This document shows positions 1 through 16,800 of a stretch of DNA of 64,000 bases, in pieces. The translations under genes were made by a program, and so were the position numbers. Under the pieces are notes generated by a model. That model made no database searches and was not told where the DNA came from. It saw only the letters and a program-made list of their open reading frames with translations. How positions within the stretch are numbered: the first letter of the stretch is position 1; every line of letters starts with the position of its first letter. The DNA is taken from the NCBI GenBank assembly GCA_004431415.1, contig QPMI01000054.1, positions 124,001 to 188,000 of the forward strand, given 5' to 3'. The DNA is from Cyanophora paradoxa CCMP329. Lineage: Eukaryota; Plantae; Glaucophyta.

Positions 1-4584
<4,584 letters not shown>

Positions 4585-4858
4585 GCGCCGCGCGGGCGGC
4601 GACAGCGGCGGCCTGCAGGAAACAGATAGCTTGCTCTTCAAGCGATCGTTCAATTTCAGACCAAGTCGCTGGCCCAGTGACGAGGGGGCACGTATACATG
4701 CCTTTCCCCGATCTTCTCGCCTTCCAATGCATCTCCCCGGGCCCCTCTTAGCTTCTGGATTTCCCCCCCTAATTTCTCCTCTAGCGCTAGCCCCTCTAGG
4801 TCGATCTCGAGATCGAGCTCTCCTTTTTTTGAGGATCGCCGGCGGCGCGCGAAGCAAA

Positions 4859-7800
4859 ATGCCGTCGCGAAACGTGTATGCCGAGGTGCCGGCTGATGTG
4901 GAGGCCTCGGCGGCCGCGCCCGCGCATGCGCCCGCGCTGGAAAGCGCGACGACCCCGCAGTCGTTCCGGCGCCGGCTCGGGATCGTCCTGCCGCCACCTG
5001 GCCCCGTTCGACGCCGCTTCCTTCTCAAGGTAGTCGTCGTGGGTGGTTGCGCTGCTGGAATTTTCGCGTTCTTCGCGTTCTTTATCCTATTGCCGAAGTT
5101 CAAGCAGCCATCCCCCGCCGGCGGCGCCCTGCAAAGCGTGGTTCGCACTTTCTTTGCAATGGGTTGATAGAGATGGACTGCTGCTGATTATGGCCGCTGG
5201 CTTGAATCTCGCAGCGGACGCTCCTTTCGGTAAACGCGAGCGATGGCGAAGCAAACCGAACGCTGACTTTCGCGGTCATAGGCGGTCAGATGTTGAGCGT
5301 TTTTCGCGTCTGTACTCGCTCTCTAAAATTTCGCAGACTGGGGGAGGAACGGATGCTGCCGCCAGACCGATGTTGCCGCTGCTATGGGCGCGATTTGCGC
5401 GAACCGCTCTTGCGATTTCGTCATCACCACAGGTGCGAACGATCCGACAATCATGATCATGATCAGGCCTTGGCCTTGAGAGCTAGGCCGTCTCAAAATT
5501 TTAAAACTAAAGCGATATTCGGGCGCAGGCGACAATATCTACGAAGCCGGCGTCGGGTCCGTCGACGATCCCCTGTGGCGCTCGAGCTTCGAGGACATCT
5601 ACACGGCCCCCTCGCTCCAGGCGCGTCTGCGATCTGGATAAAGGGCTTGAATCTTGAATTTTCGCGCCTCCTCTCATGCTTTGAATTTCGCAGTGCCCGT
5701 GGTATCCCGTGCTGGGGAACCACGACTACGGGCGCTCGTGGCTGGCGCAGGTCGACTACTCGAACGCCAGCAGCCGCTGGCGCATGCCCGCCAGGCGCGA
5801 ACTCGAACTTGAACTCGAGCCCTTCTTCCTAGACTTTGACGCTTAAATTTCGCAGGTACTACTCGAGGAGCTTCGCCTTCGAGGACGCCGCAGCCGGGGG
5901 CGCGGGGTCCGGATCCGGAGCCAACGCGACCTCGGCCCCCGCCGCGGTCCTGGAGGTCTTCTTCATAGACACGGTCGTCTTCGACGCGGCGCAGCGCGCG
6001 TGGCTCGCCGCCGCCCTCGCCGCCTCCCCTGCCCCCTGGAAGTCAGTCCGCTCGCCCTTTGGCTTCGAATCGTTGCATTGAAAGGCGTTGACACCATGCG
6101 CGCGCCTCCGCAGGGCGGTCGTCGGGCACTACCCCGTCTACTCGGCGGCCTCGAGCCACGGGGACACCCCCGTGCCCCCTCTCCCCTCCTTCCCCTCGTT
6201 CCTCTCGATTGCTGACGGGCCAGAACGCGCAGGCGCTGATCGCGGAGCTGAAGCCGCTGCTGGAGACCCACGGCGTGCAGCTCGCGGTGCGCCGGACTTG
6301 AGCTTCCGATGCGCACACGTCGGCGCGCGCTGACTCGCGCCGGCAGCTCGCGGGGCACGACCACAATCTCCAGGACATCCGCGTGGCGCGCCCCTCTGAC
6401 TCGATCCCACGATCTTGACTTAATTTCACCTCGAGCTCAGTGTCGCCTGGCTCGATTCCCAGGCCTTGCGGTGACTTAGTGACTAGAGCTAGTTGGTGCC
6501 TGACGTAGCTATAGTCTGAGAGCCCTGGCATAGTCTCTCTTCCTGTAGGCTTACCTCTCGGTAGCCTACGCTGGCCTGCCTCTACCTGTCTTAGGGGTAC
6601 AGAGCCAGTAGTCTTCCGGGTACACAGTGAATACACCAGCCTGCATCTACAGCTGCTCCAGCACTGGGAGCCGGCCCCGCGCAGTACTGCGCGGGTGCCT
6701 AATCGGGTGGGAATCCTTCCATCCGACAGGCGCCACTGCTCACGGAACTGGGCCCGTGGGCAGCCTCCGACAGCATCAGCCCGTCACCTTCGGCGACCAG
6801 CAGCGATGCGCACGCATCGCTAGTAGCTTTAGAACATCGTTTCAGTGCCGATCGGCGACCCCCACGCACCGGCGGGCTCGGATCGGCGTGCGATCGATAC
6901 GCACACAGCGATCAGCATCAGCGAGCCGCCAGGCTCTCCGTCAGAGCACCGGAAACGTATAACTAGCTCTGGAGAACCGATAAATGCGGTCGGACGCGCC
7001 CTCCCGTCGCCCTCGCCGACGGACGCCGCAGATCTTGTCCAGATCCCCGAGGGACAACCTCGACGCCCATGCCCGTACGCGCGCCCCGCCGCGCCGCGCC
7101 GCGCGTACGGCCTCGCGCAGATGAAAGAAGACCTTTTCGACGACCGGCGACTGGCGAGCCTCGCCCTGGACCGAGGCGTGCATGAGCCTGGTCGATCGGC
7201 CGTGCTGGCTCTCGCTAGCCTTGCACTCCGAGCCCAGCGCTTCGCGCCGGAGTTCATCACGGCCTGTGCTGGCGCAGCGCACGCGCACGGCCCTCGGGGT
7301 GCGCGCCTGGCCCTCGCCCTTGAGATTTGATCTGCTGGGGTCGGCAGATTTGATCCTGGCACTGGACGCGTACGGGCTCGGACCTCGCCTGCGCCGCGCG
7401 CGCCCCACTAAGCGCGGGCGGTCGCTGGCCATCTATAGAGAGCCAGGCGAGCCGCTCGCCCGCAGATCCTTCAGCGGATCTGGAGGAGACGTGGGGGCAG
7501 CCGCGTGGCTTAGCCTGGCGCCCACGGCCGCGGGCTGAGGTTCTGGCTCAGCGCGGTTACGACGGCCAGAACTTAGTCCTGCGGAAGCCAGGCCCGCGCG
7601 CGAATCACGAGGGTACTATCCCCGGTCGGATTCGTCGACGCCGCCTGCGCGAGCTGCCGTGCGAGCCCGAGGGTACTATTCCCGGTCGGTCGCCAGTCAC
7701 TCGCCGCGACGCCAGCCTTCTCCGGCTGCTGCGATCGCTCTGGACAAGACGAAGAGCGATCGGATCGAGAACTGAGGCCGCGCGCCCGAGTTCCTTCCGG

Positions 7801-10800
7801 CGAGTGGACCGGATTGAGAACTGAGGCCGCGCGCCCGAGTTCCTTCCGGGCGAGAGGAAGAGCGATCGGATCGATGGCTGAGGCGTGCGCGCCCGAGCTG
7901 TCTCCAGAATCGCCGCAGCCGAGCTTGCTCGCCGCTGCTGTGGACCACGACGGCCTCGGATCTCGAGTGAGGCACATTCTCTCACGGACTAGCGTGGCTT
8001 TACGCCGTCGCTTGACCTGAGAATGCCCTCAAGACCTGGAGCTCAAGTGGCCCGACTGCAGAGCGGACCCACCCGCTGCCTCGCGCGCAGGCAGGGCCCT
8101 CTTGCCCCGCCATGGCCAAGATCTTGAGCTTGAGAGCATTAGCCTTCCCTCGGCTGATGCTTCTCTCGGCCTCAACTCTGGATCATGATCATGAGCGCCT
8201 GCACGCTGGCCATGGCCTCGCGATCGGATCCGACGCAACGCCGCGGTGACGGTGATGCACTCGGCGCTAGCGGCACAAACATCGAATATCTACGCAAGGC
8301 CCAAGCTTGATTCAATGATTAAGCTGCAGGCCTAGCTGCGAGACGTGGTCTCATGATCAGGCTCACTTCAAGAGCTTGCAAAATCGAGACGTGAAGCACT
8401 AGCTATGCGCTAGCCGTCTGCCTCGAGCTCAAGCTTGCGGCAGCTAGCGCTGCAGCTGGCTGGTACCTGGCACACCGTGACACCTTCTCTCGCGAAGCAC
8501 CGCGGACGGTGCTAGCAAGAAGGGGGAGTGACGCCATGATCATGATGGCAAGCCGCGGCAGTACCGCATGCGTATACGTATGCACAGTACGCGAGCTGCT
8601 GATCATGATCATGCATATGATCATGCGTATGCAAGATCACGAGCTGAGCTGCAAAATCGAATTAAAACGCGCCCCGCAACGCCTCCCCCGCGAGCCGCTG
8701 AGCTCGCCGAGTCGCCAAGCCCGCCACGTCTGCTGGGTTTCGCGAAGGCCAAGGCCCCCGCCACGTGCAATTGCAAGCAGGCGCGGCCACGGGCCGCCCT
8801 GCGGCCAGAACGCTTTGCGCCGACGGTGCCTGGGCCAGCCCCGCCGCCTCAAGCTCCGAAGCAACGAGAGCTGGGCCCAGCCCCCGCCGTTGAGGAGCGC
8901 GAAATTCCCTCTGACGAGGGGATGCCCGACGACCCCGGCCCGGGACGCTCCGGGCAAGGCCGGCGACGAGTCGCCGCCTAGTGGGCCTGCCCCGCCGGAC
9001 GCCTGTGACACCAACGACTTTCCCCTCGCGCTTGCCGAGCTCGAGGAAGTCCCCAAGCGCTCAGAGACTGGACCTCGTTGGTGGGGCGCTAGAGGCCCCG
9101 GGACGAGTACAACACGCGCCACTGGCGCTCGCCGCCGGGCCGGTCAATCCCTAGGACCGGCTGACTCCCGATCCGCATCGGGTGGAAGTTGGAGTTCCGG
9201 GGTCTGCCAGGCCAAGGCCAGCCAGGCCTACGCACGACCGGCGAACCCCGGCCCCTCGCCGTGCACGATTGCGACTGCCAGCCTCGGAGCTGCCAGGCTG
9301 CTCGACTGCAGTCGCGATCGAGAGCCAGGCTGAGCGTTTAGTTTTCGCAGCAAGCTCCTTCGGGGCCTTGACTGCGAAATTGGGAAATTTACCCCGCACG
9401 AGCTTCAAGCTCGGATCAGGGCCGCCAGGCCTCGCAACCGGCCCCTAGGCCGTCCGACGGTCTTCCCGCAGCACTGCGTGCTGCATTAGGGAGCGACGGT
9501 CGGCATCCTGAGGCCTTGATGCTCGAATTCGAGCCGCCCTCCGACCAGGCCTAGAGCTTGAGGCCCAGCCTGCACTTCTGCCCGGCTGAGGCCCGCCGAG
9601 AGCGATGCGTTTCACGCACAGCCGGCCCATGCGGCCCCCGAGCTCGAGGTTTACCTGGCTACCTAGCCTGGGCCCCGTGGTCCACGAGTTCGAGCCTAGC
9701 GCTAGCGCTAGCGCCGACGGCGATATCAACTGCGGATTCGAGCTCGAGAGGCGAGCTCCGGCCCGCGGCTCAAACCGTAATCACGCCGTCACGAGCCCCA
9801 GACTCGAAAGGGACCCGAGTCGCTGAGGCTCTCTGCCTACAGCTGTCGCAAAAAGCGCAAGACGCCCCGCAGTCGGGCCTGGCCCAAGATTGAGGGCGCC
9901 GCGCGGCGCACCTCTCACTGCGAGCCAGCACCTGGCCTGGCCATGGCCTGCTCGATGCAAGCTCTCAACTCCGGATCCCGAGGCTCTCCGATCCGGACTG
10001 GAAGCTGTCAGGCCGAGACCCGGATCTGCCGGGCCGGACCCCGAAGCTCACGCTTGCTTCTCGAGCGAGACGTCGACGCTCTGGGCCCCGGTTGACTAAG
10101 CCTCGGAGCAAGCCGCCACTGCGCAGCTCGAACGCCCGGCGGCCCGCCCGGCGCGGCGCCTCGCGATCGCGATCGAGCTCGAGCTCGCTTCCGAGCCCTG
10201 GATCCGGTTACGGGTCGATTTCGGCTCTCATGATCAGGACCTGCTGGCACTGCGAGTTCGGCTCCCGCCGTTGCCGCCGCGTGCACGCAGACCGAGCTCA
10301 TGATCAGCCGCGAGCTGAGGGCCGGAAGTCACGTGCATGAGCACGTCCACCACGGCTCAGAACTGCCCAGCCTCTAAGGCTCCGCGGCTGCTGAGCCCCA
10401 GGCCCGCGATCAGACCTGCGACTGGCAGTGCCAAGCCTCGCCAGGCACAAATTCGATGCCGTCACGGCGTTTCGGTCTCGGCCGCCGACACCCGCCGGTC
10501 CCGGTCTCGGCCGCCGGGCCCCATCGAATTACGATCGGCAACTTGCCCTCGCGGTTGCCCTCGCCTTCGCGGTCAGGGATCGCGATCGCCGAGCTGCCGT
10601 TCGCATCGCCGAACTGCCGTTCGAGGTGGCCCGGCCCCGGCCCCACGGCCAGAGGCGCGATTAAATATTGCGAAAATGTGCAGCACGCCCGGACCCGGTG
10701 TGCTTGTCACAGCACACCGCGGCACGATCCGCAGCGCAGCTGTCACAGTGTGCGCGATCGGGATACCAATCCTCAAATCGAACCCCATGGCTGATCTCGC

Positions 10801-13800
10801 GTGCTGCGACGTCGGGATCCTTCGAGTTCCCGCGCGCGCGTCCAATGCCGTGCCTCACGATCGATATCGGCCTGCGGCCCCCCAGGCCTCGGCCCTGTAT
10901 CTCGCGCCGCTACGAGCCTCCAGAGGCCTGAGAACAGCGTCTCTCGCGCCGCTGCGAGCAAGGAGCGCTGCAAAGCCGGGTCACAGCTATGCCCTACGCC
11001 GACCCGGGCGACCGATCGCAAAATCGCGGGCCTTGAATTCGAACTTCGAATTCCAGTCCGGCCCCCGATCCGCGGATGTGGGATCGCGATTCCGAGCCCC
11101 TGGCTCGAGACGACCATGAGTCTATCCAGATCGATATCGCGGCACCGTGCGGCCGGGCACGGCCCGCTAGCGCTCCGAAAATTCCCTGGCCGTTGCCTGC
11201 CCTAGGCCTGCGACCGCCGTCGACGTCGCGACCGCCTGCCTCGCGACCTCGCGCCGCCTGCCCTCGCGAGTCTCGCCCTCTCTCAGAGGCGGAGGCCGCC
11301 GGCGCCGGGCACTCGGCCGGGCCCTGGGCATATTTCCGCGACTCGGCTGCGCAACCGAACCGCACTGCGGCAGCCGGTGTGTGCCGTGGCCACAGTGCAC
11401 GAGCACGTGCAGATTGCATGGTCATGCGAATGCCTGTAAACGTTCAAGCCGATGCGTATACGGCCCTCGCCCCTCGGCCCGAGGCCCCGCAGTCCACGGC
11501 CAGCTTGCCGCTGAGCCCTGGAAGTCCTCTGCAGCTACCCGCAGTAGTAGCTGCGGTCCCTGGCCTCGAATCCAGAGGACGGGCTTAGCCCGCGATCGGC
11601 GCTTAAGCTTGCAATTGCCTGCGAACAGCTGGCGGCTGCGTCCCGGGGGCCCTGCCCTCAGCCCGGCAGGGCCCGGAGCTGACAGCGGCACCCGCGCCCC
11701 GCGCCGAAGCGTCCAATGCGCCTGGCGCCCCGATGCGCGGGCGCCTCGCGATCGCCGACATCGTGCCACGGTGGTCTCGTTGCCCACCGTTGAACGGTTC
11801 AATCAAGCCAATTCCGAGCCCGGCCAGTGAACGAGCCTCGGAGCTCGGGCACTGCGCTTCGAAGTCGTCTCGAGCCGCCTTTGGCCAAGGCGAGCTCGAG
11901 CTCACGATCAAAGTTACGCTAGCTCGCTCGGATTTAAACCCAGAGCCCGCTGCACGCGCTCCAGCCCGCCCGTGGCTGCCGTGCACGGGCCTGGCCAAGC
12001 ATATGGGGTCCAAAGACCCGCGAGAATCCGATAATCGAGATCCGTCAATTCGCAATCGTTGCCCCGATTCAGGGTGCCGGCCTGCGAATTTGGATCGCAA
12101 GGAACGACTATCGCGCACCTCGCGATCGGATTTGGAGCAGCTGCGATCGCAGGCGGCCCTCGCGATCGGCCCTTTTGAGGTCTGAGGTTGCCCGGGCTCG
12201 CAGCTCCGGCTCTCTCCTGCCAGACTGTCCCCACCGCCGGGCCGGCACTGCGGAAGCCGTGCCCGTCCGATATCGATACCGCGAAAATCCGATAATCGGG
12301 ACCGGACTCAAAGATTCGCCATCGAATATTTCGAGCCTCGGAGTGCCCGGCCAGCCCGTATCTGACGGACGGCCCGTCACATTCGAACCCGCGCAATTGC
12401 GAGCCCCGAGCTCGGAGCAGTCGCACTTTCAGGCGACCCTCGGCCCTAGGGCCTTGCCTGGCTCGTCCCCTCGCGAGCCCCTCGCCCAAGGGCCCTCTCG
12501 TGGGCGCCTACGGCGACCCGCATCGGGATTCCAGCCCCGGCCCACCGGGCCGCACCGGCCTGCCCTGCGAAAACCGGCACGGCCACAAGCCCAGCGAAAT
12601 TCGCGGCGAGCCTAGGCACCGCGAATATCCGCGTCGCGAACCCACAATCACGCTTGATCGCTGGACGTCGCAAAGCTGTGAATTAGGGCCTCGCCCCTAC
12701 GAGAACGCGGATTGTGGCCCCCGGCCCAAACGCGAATCGATATCGAAGCTCGCAACGGGCTCGACTCGTCCTCCTGAGTCCCAGGGAGACCGAGGCCGAT
12801 CGCGAGCGTCAAGCTCGCGACTGGAATCGACTGTTGGGCTCCGACGCGTGGGCCAGCGCTACAACGTACAGCGGGCCCCAGAGCCGCTTGTCGAGCCGCG
12901 CACGACGCGTTCCCACTAGCCGGGAAAATTGAGCGCATGGCTTCTCACGGCACTTTGCACGTGCAATCGTGTGGCCGCGGACACGTGTACGGACACCGAT
13001 CCGATGACCGCGAGCGCCACAACTATTCAAGCCGCGGCCACCATGGCCAGCGAAAATAAAGGCTGCAACCGTTGACCAAAAACGGATGGCTAGCCCTACC
13101 TTGCCTACACCGCGTGTGTATGGCAGGCGCGGGTCCCGGCCCCGGCCAAGCCCACGGCATACGCACCGATATCGAATATCGATGCAGCAGAGCCGCGAAA
13201 AATTCGAAGCCTGAGCCCGCATGCGGTAGCTTTCTCAAAGAGGCTGCGCACACGGCCCCGTGGCTCGGGCTCCTCGCTGTTACGGCCGTGGCCCCCGGAC
13301 CGACTCGCGAAACGACGTCGACTCGCGATCGCGAACGGACGATCGGCGGCGCTGAACAGCGCCCGGCTCTCTCTGCCAACGCCGGCACGCCGCTCGGCGA
13401 GCGCTGATGAGGCGCTGTAATGGAGCGCCGTGCTACAGAGCGCCGATCCAGACATCGAATGTACGGTCGCGATTTGCAGCGGCATACATTCGCGCGAGCA
13501 CTCCGAGAACGGCGCTGGCGATGCCAGCCCGCCAAGGGCAGCGCTAGCTCGAAAAGAGCATTGCCGCCGCCCTGAGCCGGAACCTGTGCACCACTTCGCC
13601 AAACCCGGCGATGCTGCAGCTGGTGCTGGCTGCAGGACCGTAGCGCAGCCTTCAGGGCTCGCAGCCCGGCCTGCGAAATTTACACGCGACCGCACGGCGG
13701 CAGGCCCAGGCCTCGGCACGGCCGCTCGCCGCCAAGCCTGCGCACGCGGCCTTCCGCCCCACCCGCCTTGCGGCACGTTCATGCCTCGACCTCCCGCTAA

Positions 13801-16800
13801 AACGCGGTGGGAGAGAGGATGAGGCAGGGAAGACTGCATGAGCTGCAGAAATCGTAATTCGCTACCGAGCGAAGCGAACCTGTCGACCGCACTGCGGCAC
13901 CCAAATTCGAAAGCATCGCAATGCGAATCCGGAATTCAATGATTCGAATCATTGACTTCGGGACCGTGGGCGCGGCGCCGGATCCGATGATCCCCAGCCC
14001 GTTCTCGATCTGCGCGGCAGCGAGCCCTAGTGGCTGGCCCGTGCGCAAGTCGGAAACCGTTCCCGCCTAGCTGGTGGAATCTGCCGGCTTCACACTCCGG
14101 AACACCCGCCACGGCCAACGAGAGACAGCGAGCAAAAGCCGCTGAGCTTCATCGTCTGCTCTCTCAGAAGCCGCCACGGCCCACTGCGAGACAGCGAGCG
14201 AGAGCTCTATCGTCAGTTCTCTCAAGAGCACCGGGGCTCGGCCCCCGGTCCGCTAAGGGAACGCTTGCGATCGTGCATGATATCGTCGGCACGATATTGA
14301 CGCTCGTATGCACGAGCACGGCTCCTGCAACCGGCCGCTACCGGTCCCGCTCCTGCAGCTGGGAACCAATCGCGTCGGTTGCACGCCGCGGCGCCCACCT
14401 GCCGATCCCTGTGGTGCTGCCACACTACGTACGGCGGCTGGCGCCCAGCCATCAATACCACGGCATGCGCAGCCGCGCCCTGCACACGCACTTGTGCCCG
14501 GCGGTCGCAGTGCACGCCCGTGGCCGGCTGCCGCGGTGGCGAGGCCGTCACGGCGCACGCCAGCGGACGTCACGGCGTGAGGGCGCCCGCGTGCACAATC
14601 TTCGCGCCGGACGTTTCCCGGGCCCTCTAGATCTGTGCATGCGAATCACTTCGCGTCGCCACGAAAATTTTGCAGCACCAGAGTGCGGCAATTTAATTTC
14701 GCGCCCACGTGTGCGTGGCCATGCCCAGTGGCCCGGCCCTTGCACGGCCCTTCGGCCAAGCATATGCATCATCCTCAGCCTCAGACCAGCCGCTGAGCCT
14801 CACGGCTCTTGCGACTCACCAAGTCCGACGGTCGACCCCGATCTCGCGATTCCGCCCCGACGCCGCGCGCGGCTCGGAACCGAGATGTAGGCTACGCGTA
14901 CGCGGCCCGCTCGAGAAGGCCAGACCGTCGGACCGCGCACGCACGGCCGATTTCGTACCTCTCGGCTCGCGAAATTTCGCGAGGGCCCAGCATGGCGAAA
15001 GTCGTCGATTTTCGCTGGCGACCCGCCGGCCGGGCTCTCGTCCCGAGCAGCGGCGCGGATTTTCTCAAATTCCGCCCCGCAACCCGGACCATCGGACGTT
15101 CGCGCATCCCAAGTCACGCGGGCCCGGCTGCATGCAGCTGGCGCTCCTGCGAGCGAACGAGTTCGACATAGCTGTCAAATTCGTTTCGCGCTGGGCGGTG
15201 GCGACCCGGGATCTTATTCCCGGCAGTGGCGCACCCACCGTCACCAGCTTCATTCACTGAGGCCGCTCCCATAAATCTGGGTGCTGGCGCCCCGGCGCCT
15301 GGCCTAAAAACCGCGAAAAGCGGCAACACGGGCCAACAGACACGAGCATACACAGCCGAGCGCTATATATGCAAAATCGTGTTTCGGAAGCTCGGCCCAG
15401 GCCTTGAGCTGATCGACGACCGCTCGAGACTCGAAGCTCCGAGGCTCGATGCCCTCGTGCTCGATGCAATGCGCTTGGCTCGGCACAACCGTGGCCAGCC
15501 GTCGCAATTGCTCAGTTGCCCACAGCTCGCTTCAAATCGAGGCCAACATCCATTCAACCTCGCTCTGGCCCCGCGGCTCACGCTTGCCCCTCGAGCTCGA
15601 TTGAGCCCGAATCGAGAGCAAAGCGGCCCGGGACGCCATGGAATACAACGAAAGAGAGACGGTTACGGTCGTGCATGATCACGCCTCGCCGTGCTTTCTG
15701 CCCGCACTCGCGAATTTCTTCACCACGGCCATGCTGTCCTGATCCAATCACGGATCCCAGCGGCCTCAGCGTGCAAAAATTTCGCGGAAGACGGTGGAGC
15801 ACCGGGGACGGTGCTTAACCGAAGAGGGAGTGGCATCAGGAGCAGCTCGCCGTGCTACGGCTTCCGCTCTTCAGCGGAAGAGGAGTACGTGCACATGCAC
15901 TCGAGCCGAAGGCCGCGCGCCTCTTGGCCCGACGCTGGAGCGCCTCTCCGATCGGCGCATTCCTACCACGCCCCGACTTACCCTCTTCAGCGGAAGAGGA
16001 GTCGGGATCAGACTCGAGCATGCAGTTGACGTCGCGCCTAGACCTGCTGCGGAGCAGTTCGCCCCAGCGCGCGCTGCCGTCTGCAGGCTGATCGAGCACA
16101 AGCAATCGAACCTAGCCAACCGCCTTGAGGTCTCCTCACACGGCGGCTCGCCGGGATCCAGGTCTCGCCGTTGGCGAACCACATTCCGCCTCGGAAACCC
16201 ATCGGTGGCGATGCTACTGGGGCTGATGGCCATCAGGCCCTGTTGTTACGTGCACAGCCAGTGACCGTGTCCGGAACGGACTGGCAAGTGCTGTTTCGAC
16301 AGAGCTTGAGAGCCCAGCTACGGCCAGTGCACTCGCTCGCACTACTCACCGATGCGGCCTCCTAAGGATCGGAATCGGATCTCAGCAGCCGACTGCACGC
16401 CGTGTTGCGGTCTGGCTACGCACAGAACACGAATTCGGATCCCCGATCAAGAGATCTGAATCTCTGAAGGATTCGCCGTTCATCAGCTTCGCCTGATCGC
16501 CTGGTATTGGGATGCGATCGAAACGAGCCCACGGCGAAGGCTGGCGAATCGGTCGCAAATCCGAGGGTCTCAGCACCGCGAATATGCAGTCTCGCGGATC
16601 GCTGCAGAACCCCTTCCCGTGATCATGACCCGCCAAGCTCGCCAACGAGCCTGGCTGCGGCCGGATCCCAGGAAGACCAGGCCGAGGGAACGGCTGATGG
16701 GATTCGCGGCCAGCACGCGCGCCTTCGATTGACGGCCGCGTCTAGCTGGAGCGTCGACACCTGGCCTCATCGCCAGCAGCTGAGCGCTGCGATGTCACGC

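Noticed and set aside
7608-7897. Spaced short direct repeats resembling a CRISPR array
   Set aside because: Each unit has only 2-3 copies with irregular spacing, the context is eukaryotic and there are no cas genes. These are ordinary repeats inside the element.
8690-9100. RLLGFAKAKA followed by an acidic/Pro linker, resembling a decayed Copia integrase C-terminus
   Set aside because: The similarity is too short and no upstream DDE core or downstream RT motifs were found. It would need HMM support.
9901-14577. Mutator-like DNA transposon suggested by the 10-bp flanking direct repeat
   Set aside because: No terminal inverted repeats or transposase are visible. Kept only as one model in the junction finding.
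15859-15900. SSAEEEYVHM, resembling the Copia RNase H motif LSSAEAEY
   Set aside because: The match comes from translating the repeated PPT sequence, and the flanking RNase H motifs are absent.
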